A DNA stretch of 64,000 nucleotides, taken from Candidatus Multivoradales bacterium. GTDB taxonomy: Bacteria > Acidobacteriota > Thermoanaerobaculia > Multivoradales > Multivoraceae. Of this stretch, positions 46,968-55,653 are shown piece after piece. The DNA is taken from positions 992,001-1,056,000 of the forward strand of contig CBDCWI010000001.1 in the NCBI GenBank assembly GCA_965223325.1, written 5' to 3'. The translations under genes and the position numbers were made by a program. Numbering within the stretch: position 1 is the first letter of the stretch; each line of letters begins with the position of its first letter. The notes under the pieces were generated by a model, which saw nothing but the letters and a program-made list of their open reading frames with translations, was not told the origin of the DNA and searched no databases.

Positions 46968-49871
46968 GTGAGAGTAGTCAAGCGCACCGGAGAGATCGTC
47001 GACTTCGATCGTGATCGCATCGCGCAAGCCATCATGGCGGCCGTCTCTGCCAACGGCTCGAGCGTGCCGCGTACCGATATCGACACCATGAGCGAGAACA
47101 TCGTCGACGAGGTCGGCGCTCGTTTTCAGGAGTTCTTTCCGAACGTCGAGAACATCCAGGACATCGTCGAGAAGCACCTGGTGCTCGCCGGCCACTACGA
47201 AGTCGCCAAGTCCTACATCCTCTACCGCGCCGAACGTCAGAAGGCGCGTAGCGAGGCCAAGGAACGAGCCATCGAAGACGCGCGCATGGGCAAGCTCACG
47301 GCCACCACGCGCGACGGCCGCACGGTGCTGTTCAACGTGCGCGAAGTCGAGTCGACGCTTGCCAAGGCGGCGCGCGGTCTCGACGACATCGACCTCGACA
47401 TGGTGCTGCGTGAGGTCGTCCACAACGTCTACGACGGCATTCCCACACGGCAGATTCAGCAGGCGATGGTGCTGGCCACCGCCGCCTTTATCGAGCGCGA
47501 CCCGGAGTACAGCCGTCTGGCCGCGCGCCTGCAGCTCGACGCCGTCTACCGCGAGGTCATCGGCCGCTCGTGTGGCGAGGCCGAGCTCGATGCCATCTAT
47601 CGGGAGAGTTTCAAGGACACGATCACGAACACGGTCCGGCGCGGTCGCCTCGCCGAGGGCATGCTCGCCTTCGATCTCGAGCTGCTCGCCAACAGCCTGA
47701 AGCCCGAGCGCGACGACCTCTTCCAGTTCCTCGGCGCACAGACGCTGTACGACCGCTACCTCCTGCGCAACGACCAGGCCGAGTGTCTCGAGCTGCCGCA
47801 GGGCTTCTGGATGCGCGTCGCCATGGGCCTGGCGATCGAAGAACCCGACCGCAACGAGCGCGCGCTCGAGTTCTACAACACCCTCTCGCAGCTGCACTAC
47901 GTCGCTTCGACTCCAACCCTCTTCCACGCCGGCACGTCGCACCCGCAGCTGTCGTCGTGCTACCTCACGACCATCGACGACCACCTCTCACACATCTTCA
48001 AGAGCCTCGGTGACAACGCGCAGCTGTCGAAGTGGTCGGGTGGCATCGGCAACGACTGGTCCAACATTCGGGCGACCGGCGCGCACATCCAGAGCACCAA
48101 CGTCAACAGCCAGGGTGTCGTTCCGTTCCTCAAGATCGCCAACGACGTCACCATGGCAATCAACCGTTCCGGCAAGCGTCGCGGCGCCACCTGCGCCTAT
48201 CTCGAAACCTGGCACTACGACATCGAAGACTTTCTCGATCTGCGCAAGAACACCGGCGACGACCGTCGTCGCACGCACGACATGAACACCGCCAACTGGA
48301 TTCCAGATCTGTTCATGAAGCGCGTCGCGGCAGACGAAGACTGGTCGCTGTTCTCGCCCAACGAGGTCCCGGAGCTGCACCACACCTTCGGGCGCGAGTT
48401 CGAAAAGCACTACAAGCAGTACGAGGCCGCCGGAGAACGCGGCGAACTACGCCTCCACAAGAAGGTGCGGGCGCAGGACCTGTGGCGCAAGATGCTCACC
48501 ATGCTCTTCGAAACCGGGCACCCCTGGATCACTTTCAAGGACCCGTGCAACATCCGTTCGCCGCAAGACCACGTGGGCGTCGTGCACAGCTCGAACCTGT
48601 GCACCGAGATCACGCTCAACACCTCGGCAGACGAGACCGCGGTGTGCAACCTGGGTTCGGTCAACCTCTCGCTCGCCGTACGGGAAACGGCCGACGGTGG
48701 CTACGAGATCGACGAGGAGCACCTGGCGAAGACGGTGTCGACGGCAATTCGCATGCTCGACAACGTCATCGACATCAACTTCTACCCCACCGAGGAAGCA
48801 CGCAACTCGAACCTGCGCCATCGCCCGATCGGGCTTGGCTGCATGGGTTTTCAAGACCTGCTCTTCAAGCTCAACGTGCCGTTCGCCAGCGAAGAGGCCA
48901 TCGAGATCGCCGACCGTGTGCAGGAGGTCATCTCGTACCACGCGATCCTGACGTCGTCGAAGTTGGCGGCCGAACGGGGCTCGTACCCGAGCTACGAAGG
49001 CTCGAAGTGGAGTCGCGGCCTCTTCCCCATCGACACTGTCGACCTGCTCGAGAAGGAGCGCGGCGTGCCAATCGAAGTGTCGCGCACCCAGCGTTTGGAC
49101 TGGCAGTCGGTGCGCGAGCACGTTCGGGACCACGGCATTCGCAACTCGAACATGATGGCGATTGCACCCACCGCGACAATCTCCAACATCAGCGGCTGCT
49201 TCCCCTGCATCGAGCCGATCTACAAGAACATCTACGTCAAGGCCAACATCAGCGGCGAGTTTACGATCGTCAACTCCTACCTGGTGCAGGACCTCAAGGC
49301 ACTCGGCCTGTGGAACCAGGACATGCTCGATCGTCTCAAGTACGCCGACGGCAACCTCGAGGTGATTCCTGAAATCCCCGAGGCCTTGCGCACCAAGTAC
49401 AAAGAGGCTTTTGAGATCGACGCCATCCACTGCCTACGGCTGACCGCTGCACGCGGCAAGTGGATCGACCAGAGCGCCAGCCACAACGTCTTCTTGAAGG
49501 GCACCAGTGGCAAGAAGCTCGCCGAGACCTACATGGCCGCCTGGCGCATGGGTCTCAAGACGACGTACTACTTGCGTTCGCTGGCCGCGACCCAGGTCGA
49601 AAAGTCGACTCTCGATGCCAAGAAGTTCGGCTACACCCAGAAGCGTGAGTACGGAGCACAGCCGGCAGAGGTGCCGAGTGCGGTAGCGGTGGCGGCGGCG
49701 ATCGAGGGCGCCACACCGAGTAATCCAGCCCAGATCAGTCCAGCCCAGATCAGTCCAGCTCAGCGTCATGGCGCGCTGGCCTCGCCATCGGCAAAGGCCG
49801 GCCTGGCTGCCGTTCCAGAAGAGCCCAAGCTCTGCCGCATTGACGACCCCGACTGTGAAGCCTGCCAGTAG
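46968..49871 (+). CDS. nrdA: Class I ribonucleotide reductase alpha subunit with two N-terminal ATP-cone domains
   Basis: VVKRTG and TTRDG cone starts; LSSCYL, SNLCTEI, VCNLGS, TTYYLR; C-terminal CRIDDPDCEACQ. Confidence 0.96.
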   Translation: MRVVKRTGEIVDFDRDRIAQAIMAAVSANGSSVPRTDIDTMSENIVDEVGARFQEFFPNVENIQDIVEKHLVLAGHYEVAKSYILYRAERQKARSEAKERAIEDARMGKLTATTRDGRTVLFNVREVESTLAKAARGLDDIDLDMVLREVVHNVYDGIPTRQIQQAMVLATAAFIERDPEYSRLAARLQLDAVYREVIGRSCGEAELDAIYRESFKDTITNTVRRGRLAEGMLAFDLELLANSLKPERDDLFQFLGAQTLYDRYLLRNDQAECLELPQGFWMRVAMGLAIEEPDRNERALEFYNTLSQLHYVASTPTLFHAGTSHPQLSSCYLTTIDDHLSHIFKSLGDNAQLSKWSGGIGNDWSNIRATGAHIQSTNVNSQGVVPFLKIANDVTMAINRSGKRRGATCAYLETWHYDIEDFLDLRKNTGDDRRRTHDMNTANWIPDLFMKRVAADEDWSLFSPNEVPELHHTFGREFEKHYKQYEAAGERGELRLHKKVRAQDLWRKMLTMLFETGHPWITFKDPCNIRSPQDHVGVVHSSNLCTEITLNTSADETAVCNLGSVNLSLAVRETADGGYEIDEEHLAKTVSTAIRMLDNVIDINFYPTEEARNSNLRHRPIGLGCMGFQDLLFKLNVPFASEEAIEIADRVQEVISYHAILTSSKLAAERGSYPSYEGSKWSRGLFPIDTVDLLEKERGVPIEVSRTQRLDWQSVREHVRDHGIRNSNMMAIAPTATISNISGCFPCIEPIYKNIYVKANISGEFTIVNSYLVQDLKALGLWNQDMLDRLKYADGNLEVIPEIPEALRTKYKEAFEIDAIHCLRLTAARGKWIDQSASHNVFLKGTSGKKLAETYMAAWRMGLKTTYYLRSLAATQVEKSTLDAKKFGYTQKREYGAQPAEVPSAVAVAAAIEGATPSNPAQISPAQISPAQRHGALASPSAKAGLAAVPEEPKLCRIDDPDCEACQ
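49725..49763 (+). repeat. 15-bp in-frame tandem repeat (PAQIS) x2.6 in the NrdA C-terminal linker
   Basis: CCAGCCCAGATCAGT twice, then CCAGCTCAG. Confidence 0.85.
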
Positions 49872-49993
49872 GAGCCTGCAGGAGCTCGGTCGCCGCCCGA
49901 AGACCCGACTCGAGCCAACAGATCAGAACCATAGGCCACCGAAGCAAACCGCCCAGAAGGGCACCTGTCCCCGAGACCGTGGAGTAAGAGAAC

Positions 49994-50989
49994 ATGCCGA
50001 TCATCAATGCGTCCAAGACCGACCCGAACAAGATCCTTCCGATCACCTACCCGTGGGCGCGGGAGTACTACAAGAACGGGATCGCCAACAACTGGACGCC
50101 CGAAGAGATCTCGATGCAAAAAGACGTCGAGCAGTGGAAGTCCGACCACGTCCTCTCAGACACTGAGCGCCGCCTGATTCTCTGGAACCTCGGCTTCTTC
50201 TCGACGGCCGAGTCGCTGACCGCCAACAACATCGTGTTGGCGGTCTACAACCACGTCACCAACCCCGAGGCGCGCCAGTACCTGCTGCGCCAGGCCTTCG
50301 AAGAGGCGGTACACACCGACACCTTCATCTACTGCTGCGACACGCTCGGACTCGACCCCGACTACATTTTCAACATGTATAAGACCATCCCGTCGATCCG
50401 CGAGAAAGACGACTTCGTCGTCGACCTCACCAAGTCGGTGTTCGATCCCAGCTTCACGACCGAAGGCATCGAGAACATGCAGCGCTTCGTGCGCGACCTG
50501 ATCGGTTTCTACGTGATCATGGAAGGCATCTTCTTCTACGCGGGGTTCGCCATGATGCTCGCCCTGCGTCGCCAGAACCGCATGGTCGGCATTGGCGAAC
50601 AGTTCGAATACATCATGCGCGACGAGAGCCTCCACCTGGCGTTCGGCTGCGACCTGATCAAAACCATCTGCGCCGAGAACCCGGGCGTTTGGACCCAGGA
50701 GTTTCGCGACGAAACCGTCGAGCTCGTGCGACGCGCGGTCGAGCTCGAGGCGATCTACGCCCGCGATGCGTGCCCCGAAGGGGTGCTCGGAATCAACGCC
50801 GAGAAGTTCTGCCACTACGTCGAGCACGTTGCCGACCGTCGTCTCGAGCGACTCGACCTCCCGAAGATCTTCAACCGCGAGAACCCGTTCCCCTGGATGT
50901 CACAGTCGACCGATCTGTCGAAAGAGAAGAACTTCTTCGAGACCCGGGTGACCGAATACCAGACCGGTGCAAGCCTCAGCTGGGACTGA
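49994..50989 (+). CDS. nrdB: Ribonucleotide reductase beta subunit, class Ic (Mn/Fe, R2c) signature
   Basis: FFSTAESL (Glu as first ligand), EEAVHTDTF (Phe at radical-Tyr position), MEGIFF, RDESLH, NFFETRVTEYQ. Confidence 0.93.
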   Translation: MPIINASKTDPNKILPITYPWAREYYKNGIANNWTPEEISMQKDVEQWKSDHVLSDTERRLILWNLGFFSTAESLTANNIVLAVYNHVTNPEARQYLLRQAFEEAVHTDTFIYCCDTLGLDPDYIFNMYKTIPSIREKDDFVVDLTKSVFDPSFTTEGIENMQRFVRDLIGFYVIMEGIFFYAGFAMMLALRRQNRMVGIGEQFEYIMRDESLHLAFGCDLIKTICAENPGVWTQEFRDETVELVRRAVELEAIYARDACPEGVLGINAEKFCHYVEHVADRRLERLDLPKIFNRENPFPWMSQSTDLSKEKNFFETRVTEYQTGASLSWD

Positions 50990-51095
50990 GAACAGCCAAC
51001 CCACAAAAGCGAGCAGGTGAACCCTGAAGAGCAGAGGAAGTCGTTTCGCTGAGTCATGGCCCGCGCGACCGTCGGCCGCCCTGGCCGCACGGTCG

Positions 51096-51557
51096 GTGCT
51101 GGCTCTTTTGGCCGGCGGCATCGTCCTTGCCATTGCGCTGGCGCCCGCACTTCGCCAGCAATCCAACGGCCTGGCCGAATGGATCTACCTGGCCTTCGCG
51201 CCGACCTGCCATCAGATCGCCGAGCGCAGCTTCCATGCGTTCTCGCACCCACTCGCGGTGTGCCACCGTTGTTTCGGGATCTACATCGGCCTGTTGGTCG
51301 GCGTCCTGGCGTGGCCGGCAGCCCAGCGCGCCAAGGCCTGGCTCCAGCAGGACCTCAGGCGGGTGGTCTGGCTCTTCGTCCCCACCGTCGTCGACTGGCT
51401 GCTCTTCGGGTGGAACACGCCGACCAGTCGCTTTCTGACCGGCGCCGTCGCCGGTCTCGCGCTGGCACTCCTGGCTTCTATCGCGGCGCAACAACTCGCC
51501 GCTACCTTTGATCGAACGAGTCAGGCGGCATACGCGGCTCGGGGAGAAACGTCATGA
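51096..51557 (+). CDS. DUF2085-like membrane protein
   Basis: CHQIAERSF...VCHRCFGIY motif, TM helices, SRFLTG; start uncertain. Confidence 0.75.
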   Translation: MLALLAGGIVLAIALAPALRQQSNGLAEWIYLAFAPTCHQIAERSFHAFSHPLAVCHRCFGIYIGLLVGVLAWPAAQRAKAWLQQDLRRVVWLFVPTVVDWLLFGWNTPTSRFLTGAVAGLALALLASIAAQQLAATFDRTSQAAYAARGETS

Positions 51558-52075
51558 ACGATCGTCTGCAACCAGTATTGATCGCCGGCGCCGTGATCGG
51601 CGTCCTGGGCGGCATTCCACTGCTCAACTGCGGCTGCTGCTTCTGGGGCCTGGGTGGTGGCATGTTGGCGTCCTGGCTCTACCTACGCAATCAGAGCCCG
51701 GTCTTCGTTGGGGCGCAACCCGATGTCGGCCAAGGGGCCCTCCTCGGAGCTGGCGCCGGTGCCATTGGGGCGGTGATCGCGGGCGTCATGGGCTGGGGCT
51801 TCAGCCTCGCCATGGGGTCGATGTTCGACAGCTCATCCATCGACTTCAGCGAGATCGAAGGCATCCCACCCGAACTCGCCGACAGCATGACCAACATGTT
51901 TGCCAGCGGCGGCGCGGGCTGCATCGGGCTGGCCTTCAACATCGGCGTCGGGCTGTTCGGCTATGGCCTCCTCGGAGCCCTGGGTGGCATGTTGGGAGCG
52001 GCGTTGTTCACCCCCAAGGCACCGCCTTCGGCCCCGGTCGCACCGCCGCCGCCACCAGATCCAACCACCACGTAG
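51554..52075 (+). CDS. Hypothetical Gly-rich membrane protein with NCGCC motif
   Basis: About 4 TM segments, ATGA overlap with the upstream gene, GGAG RBS, Pro-rich tail. Confidence 0.75.
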   Translation: MNDRLQPVLIAGAVIGVLGGIPLLNCGCCFWGLGGGMLASWLYLRNQSPVFVGAQPDVGQGALLGAGAGAIGAVIAGVMGWGFSLAMGSMFDSSSIDFSEIEGIPPELADSMTNMFASGGAGCIGLAFNIGVGLFGYGLLGALGGMLGAALFTPKAPPSAPVAPPPPPDPTTT

Positions 52076-52093
52076 ACAGCAGCTCGTCCTACC

Positions 52094-52145
52094 AAAAAGG
52101 CGGCGCCCCCACCACTTTTGTGGTTGAGGCGCCGCTTTTTCTTTT
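52094..52145 (+). terminator. Rho-independent terminator (possibly bidirectional)
   Basis: AAAAAGGCGGCGCC...GGCGCCGCTTTTTCTTTT stem with flanking A and T tracts, just after the stop at 52075. Confidence 0.8.
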
Positions 52146-52263
52146 CGCTCATTAGGTGGAGAGGCGTGGGCCGAACGCCAGGAACCCGCGGCCCGCGGCA
52201 TTCTTTCAGGGATCTCGGGTGCTCCCCGAAGCAGCGGGCCGTCACGCCGACAAAAAAAAGCGG

Positions 52264-52279
52264 TGGCACACAACTCGCA
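52264..52279 (+). promoter_or_regulatory. Sigma-54 (-24/-12) promoter for the S8 peptidase gene
   Basis: TGGCACACAACTCGCA fits TGGCAC-N5-TTGCA with exact GG-N10-GC spacing; 95 nt upstream of ATG 52374. Confidence 0.7.
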
Positions 52280-52288
52280 CTACTGGTC

Positions 52289-52338
52289 TGTCGACAGTGT
52301 TCTGTTGACAGCCGTTTGTCGACACCGGTTTGTCGCCA
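52289..52338. repeat. Four palindromic TGTCGACA-like octamers at 14-bp period
   Basis: TGTCGACA 52289, TGTTGACA 52303, TGTCGACA 52317, TGTCGCCA 52331. Confidence 0.8.
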
Positions 52339-52373
52339 CCCACTTCCGCCCGCGCACTTCTGGAAGACCACCC

Positions 52374-55300
52374 ATGCCACGCACCCTCCGCAAAGCGACC
52401 ACCCGCCCCACGCCGTACTCGCTGATCGGCCGCGTCACGGTCGTCCTACTCCTGGCAGCCTCGTTGGCCACCCTCTCGAGCGCCGAGGAACCGTCGAGCT
52501 ACATCGTGCAGGCATTGAGCGACCGCCAAGCAGCGCTCCAGGTCGAAGCCCAGGGCGGCACCGTCGATCAACGGCTTGCGATCATCGATGGCGTCGCCGC
52601 CAGCCTGACCAGGGAACAGGCCGCGGCGCTCACCCTTGTTCCTGGAATCACCCTCCAGCGGAACGCCGCGGTCGAGGTCGAGAGCACAGAGCTCATTCGG
52701 CGTCGCTTCGAGATCACGAGCGGTTCCGACGACGCGATGGAGACCATCGACACTGGCTATGCCAACACCCGCTATGACAAGCATTTCGTGGGCGGCAACT
52801 ATAGTTCCGAGCGCCTCGTCGGGCTTCGATTCCGCAACCTCGACGTGCCTCCGGGAGCCAAGATCGTCAGGGCAATGCTCGAGGTGGAACTGGTATCGCT
52901 CTCCTGGAACCAGACCGAGGTCGATGTGTTGGCCGAGGCCACAGGCCATGCCGAAGCGTTCGCCGACGAGTACTTCAACCTGTCGTCGCGTCCGGTCACT
53001 GCCCACAAGGTGCGCTGGCAGTTGGCCGGTACCGCAACCCCGGGAGTTCGCACCCAGAGCGCTGACCTCTCACCTGTTGTCCAGTCGATCGTCGATCGCG
53101 AAGACTGGCAAGCGGGAAATGCGCTCGCTCTCCTTTTGCACTCCCGCGCCAGCGGCGTTCGCCCGATCGCCGCCTTCGAGGCCTGGGGCAGCGGTCAACC
53201 GGTTCTTCATCTCGAGTACCAGCTCGCCGACGCCGCCTGGCCCGTCGTGAGCTCGAGCGTTCGGCGCGGTAACGCCGATGCACTGCAACGCCAAGACAAC
53301 GGTGTCGTCTTGATGAACACGTCCGATCTCGACTTTTCGGCCGCTGACCAGGACGCGGAGATGGCCAGCACCCAGGTTGGCCTCCACTTCGAGGACCTGG
53401 CCATCCCAGCAGGCACAACGATCCTCTCTGCGAGCATCCAGTTCGAGGCAGCGGCGGCTGCCGCCGGAACAGCCTGGGTCGAGATCCACGCGGAACACAA
53501 CGCCGACGCCACTGCTTTCTCGAGCACCTGGTTCGATCTCACCAACCGACCCCGCACCCGCAGCAATGTGGTCTGGCGGCCAGCGTCATGGCAGGCACCA
53601 GGTCAGCTGCAGTTCACCGACGATCTAGGTGCGCTGGTCCAGGAGGTCGTCGATCTGCCCGGCTGGCAGCCCGGCAACGGCATGTCCTTCTTCTTCGAAG
53701 GCCTCATCGGCACACGGCCCGTCCGTTCAAGCGAGGGCGGCGGCGAGATCCAGCTGCTCGTCGAGTATGCCGGGGACTACGTCGACATCGCGGTCGACAA
53801 CTCGCACGCGGGCGCATGTCAGCAGCCGGTCGGCTCGAGCAACCTGAAGATCGTTGCGGCCTCTCTGAGCGGCGTCGACAGCGCCACGATCGAAGTCGCC
53901 GGTGGCGCGCCCAACGCTCCACTCTCGCTCGACGGCAAGGTCGTCGGTTGCCTTGACGACCATGGCTCGTGGTACGGCGAGCTCTACGGGCACCACTTCG
54001 ACACCTGCGAAGTCACCATCTCGGACGGCCTGTCCAGCATTGGCGTTACGGTTTCCGACTGCGTCGCCTGGCGCGACACCCACTTCCCTCTCCAGACCGG
54101 TGCGCGTGAGCTCCACCGCCAGGGCCTGACCGGCAGCGGCGTGGGCATCGCCTTCATCGACACCGGCATTCAGGGACGCCTCGACTGGGGATCGAACGTC
54201 TTCAAGATGGCAGCCCACTACGACGTTCTGCAGAATCGGGCCCTGCACTTCTGGACTCGCGACGCCGATCGGAACGGCCACGGGAGCCACGTCGCTTCGG
54301 TCGCCGGCAGCCAGGGTCAAACGCCAAACGGCGACTACAACGGGATGGCGCCGGAGGCCGACATCATCATGGTGCGCGCCTTCGATCGTCACGGCCGTGG
54401 CAGCTACGCCAACGTGATCGAAGGCATCGAGTGGGTGATCAACAACCGCCACGCGCTCAATATTCGGGTCCTCAACCTCTCGTTCTCCGCCCCCGCCACC
54501 TCGCACTACTGGCAGGACCCCCTGAACCAGGCGGTGATGGAAGCGTGGCGGGCCGGCATCGTCGTCGTCAGCTCGGCCGGCAACTCGGGCCCCGACCCGA
54601 TGACCATCGGCGTGCCGGGCAACAACCCCTACGTCATCACCGTTGGCGCGATGACCGACAGCTACACCCCGAACGACCCAAGCGACGATCGCATCGCCAG
54701 CTTCTCGGCCGCCGGGCCGACCTTCGAAGCCTTCGCCAAACCAGAGCTCGTCGCCCCCGGCGGGCACATGCTGGGCCTCATGAACTTCGACGCTCAACTG
54801 GCGCTCGACCACCCGACCTTCCACGACGGTCCGACGGCGGTGCCCTATTTCGTGATGTCGGGTACTTCACAGGCTGCCGCGGTCGTCAGCGGCGCAGCCG
54901 CCTTGCTTCTCCAGTCAGAGCCTGGGCTCGAACCGGACGACGTGAAGTGTCGACTGGTCGCGACCGCGAAAACGGCGACACTCGAGAACGGCGACCTCGC
55001 CTTCAGCATCTTCCGCCAGGGCGCCGGCATGCTCGACATCAAGGCGGCGGTCGACAGCAGCGCCCACGACTGTGCCAACAGCGGCCTCGACATCGACCGT
55101 GACCTCGCCGACATCGAACACTACGTCGGCCCGGTGCGATACGACAGCGCCAGCGAACAGTTCTACCTCGAGGGGCCCGACAGTTTCCTATGGAACGTCT
55201 CTGGCCCCGAGAGCGAGAGCATGCTTTGGAACGTCAGCATGCTCTGGAACAACAGCTTCCTGTGGAACGTGAACGACGTCAGTAACGAGAGCTTCTTGTG

Positions 55301-55460
55301 GAACGTCACCTACTCGGCGAACGAGGTCGATCTCGGAAGCTCGAGCATGCTGTGGAACAACAGCTTCCTCTGGAACGTCAGCATGCTCTGGAACAACACC
55401 TACACCGGCGACGCTCTGGATTCCGCGACGGCGGTCAACACCTGGGTTCCCCAGGAGTAA
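52374..55460 (+). CDS. Secreted S8 (subtilisin-family) serine peptidase with two inserted beta-sandwich domains and a C-terminal S-[FM]-L-W-N repeat tail
   Basis: Signal peptide; propeptide SSYIVQA; triad motifs IAFIDTG, NGHGSHVAS, MSGTSQAA; oxyanion SAGNSG; eight SxLWN repeats; ends VNTWVPQE. Confidence 0.9.
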   Translation: MPRTLRKATTRPTPYSLIGRVTVVLLLAASLATLSSAEEPSSYIVQALSDRQAALQVEAQGGTVDQRLAIIDGVAASLTREQAAALTLVPGITLQRNAAVEVESTELIRRRFEITSGSDDAMETIDTGYANTRYDKHFVGGNYSSERLVGLRFRNLDVPPGAKIVRAMLEVELVSLSWNQTEVDVLAEATGHAEAFADEYFNLSSRPVTAHKVRWQLAGTATPGVRTQSADLSPVVQSIVDREDWQAGNALALLLHSRASGVRPIAAFEAWGSGQPVLHLEYQLADAAWPVVSSSVRRGNADALQRQDNGVVLMNTSDLDFSAADQDAEMASTQVGLHFEDLAIPAGTTILSASIQFEAAAAAAGTAWVEIHAEHNADATAFSSTWFDLTNRPRTRSNVVWRPASWQAPGQLQFTDDLGALVQEVVDLPGWQPGNGMSFFFEGLIGTRPVRSSEGGGEIQLLVEYAGDYVDIAVDNSHAGACQQPVGSSNLKIVAASLSGVDSATIEVAGGAPNAPLSLDGKVVGCLDDHGSWYGELYGHHFDTCEVTISDGLSSIGVTVSDCVAWRDTHFPLQTGARELHRQGLTGSGVGIAFIDTGIQGRLDWGSNVFKMAAHYDVLQNRALHFWTRDADRNGHGSHVASVAGSQGQTPNGDYNGMAPEADIIMVRAFDRHGRGSYANVIEGIEWVINNRHALNIRVLNLSFSAPATSHYWQDPLNQAVMEAWRAGIVVVSSAGNSGPDPMTIGVPGNNPYVITVGAMTDSYTPNDPSDDRIASFSAAGPTFEAFAKPELVAPGGHMLGLMNFDAQLALDHPTFHDGPTAVPYFVMSGTSQAAAVVSGAAALLLQSEPGLEPDDVKCRLVATAKTATLENGDLAFSIFRQGAGMLDIKAAVDSSAHDCANSGLDIDRDLADIEHYVGPVRYDSASEQFYLEGPDSFLWNVSGPESESMLWNVSMLWNNSFLWNVNDVSNESFLWNVTYSANEVDLGSSSMLWNNSFLWNVSMLWNNTYTGDALDSATAVNTWVPQE

Positions 55461-55600
55461 CTCTCGAGAAACGGAACCAGAAGATTCACAACCAGGTCGC
55501 AGCGGGACAGTTCCTTGCGGCCGCAACGTAGACGACGAACCCCGCCCGGCTGTTTCCTCTTCAACTCGGGTTCTTCCCCTCACCCCCTTCATTTCCTTTT

Positions 55601-55637
55601 GCCCCGGTGACCTTCTGGTCGCCGGGGCCTTTTCTTT
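55601..55637 (+). terminator. Rho-independent terminator of the S8 gene
   Basis: GCCCCGGTGACC-TTCT-GGTCGCCGGGGC followed by CTTTTCTTT. Confidence 0.75.
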
Positions 55638-55653
55638 GGGGAAGGGCTCTCCT

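Noticed and set aside
55182-55400. Tail repeats as a darobactin-like or other radical-SAM RiPP core
   Set aside because: WNNSF/WNVSM only superficially resembles WNWSKSF, and no maturase or dedicated exporter is adjacent.
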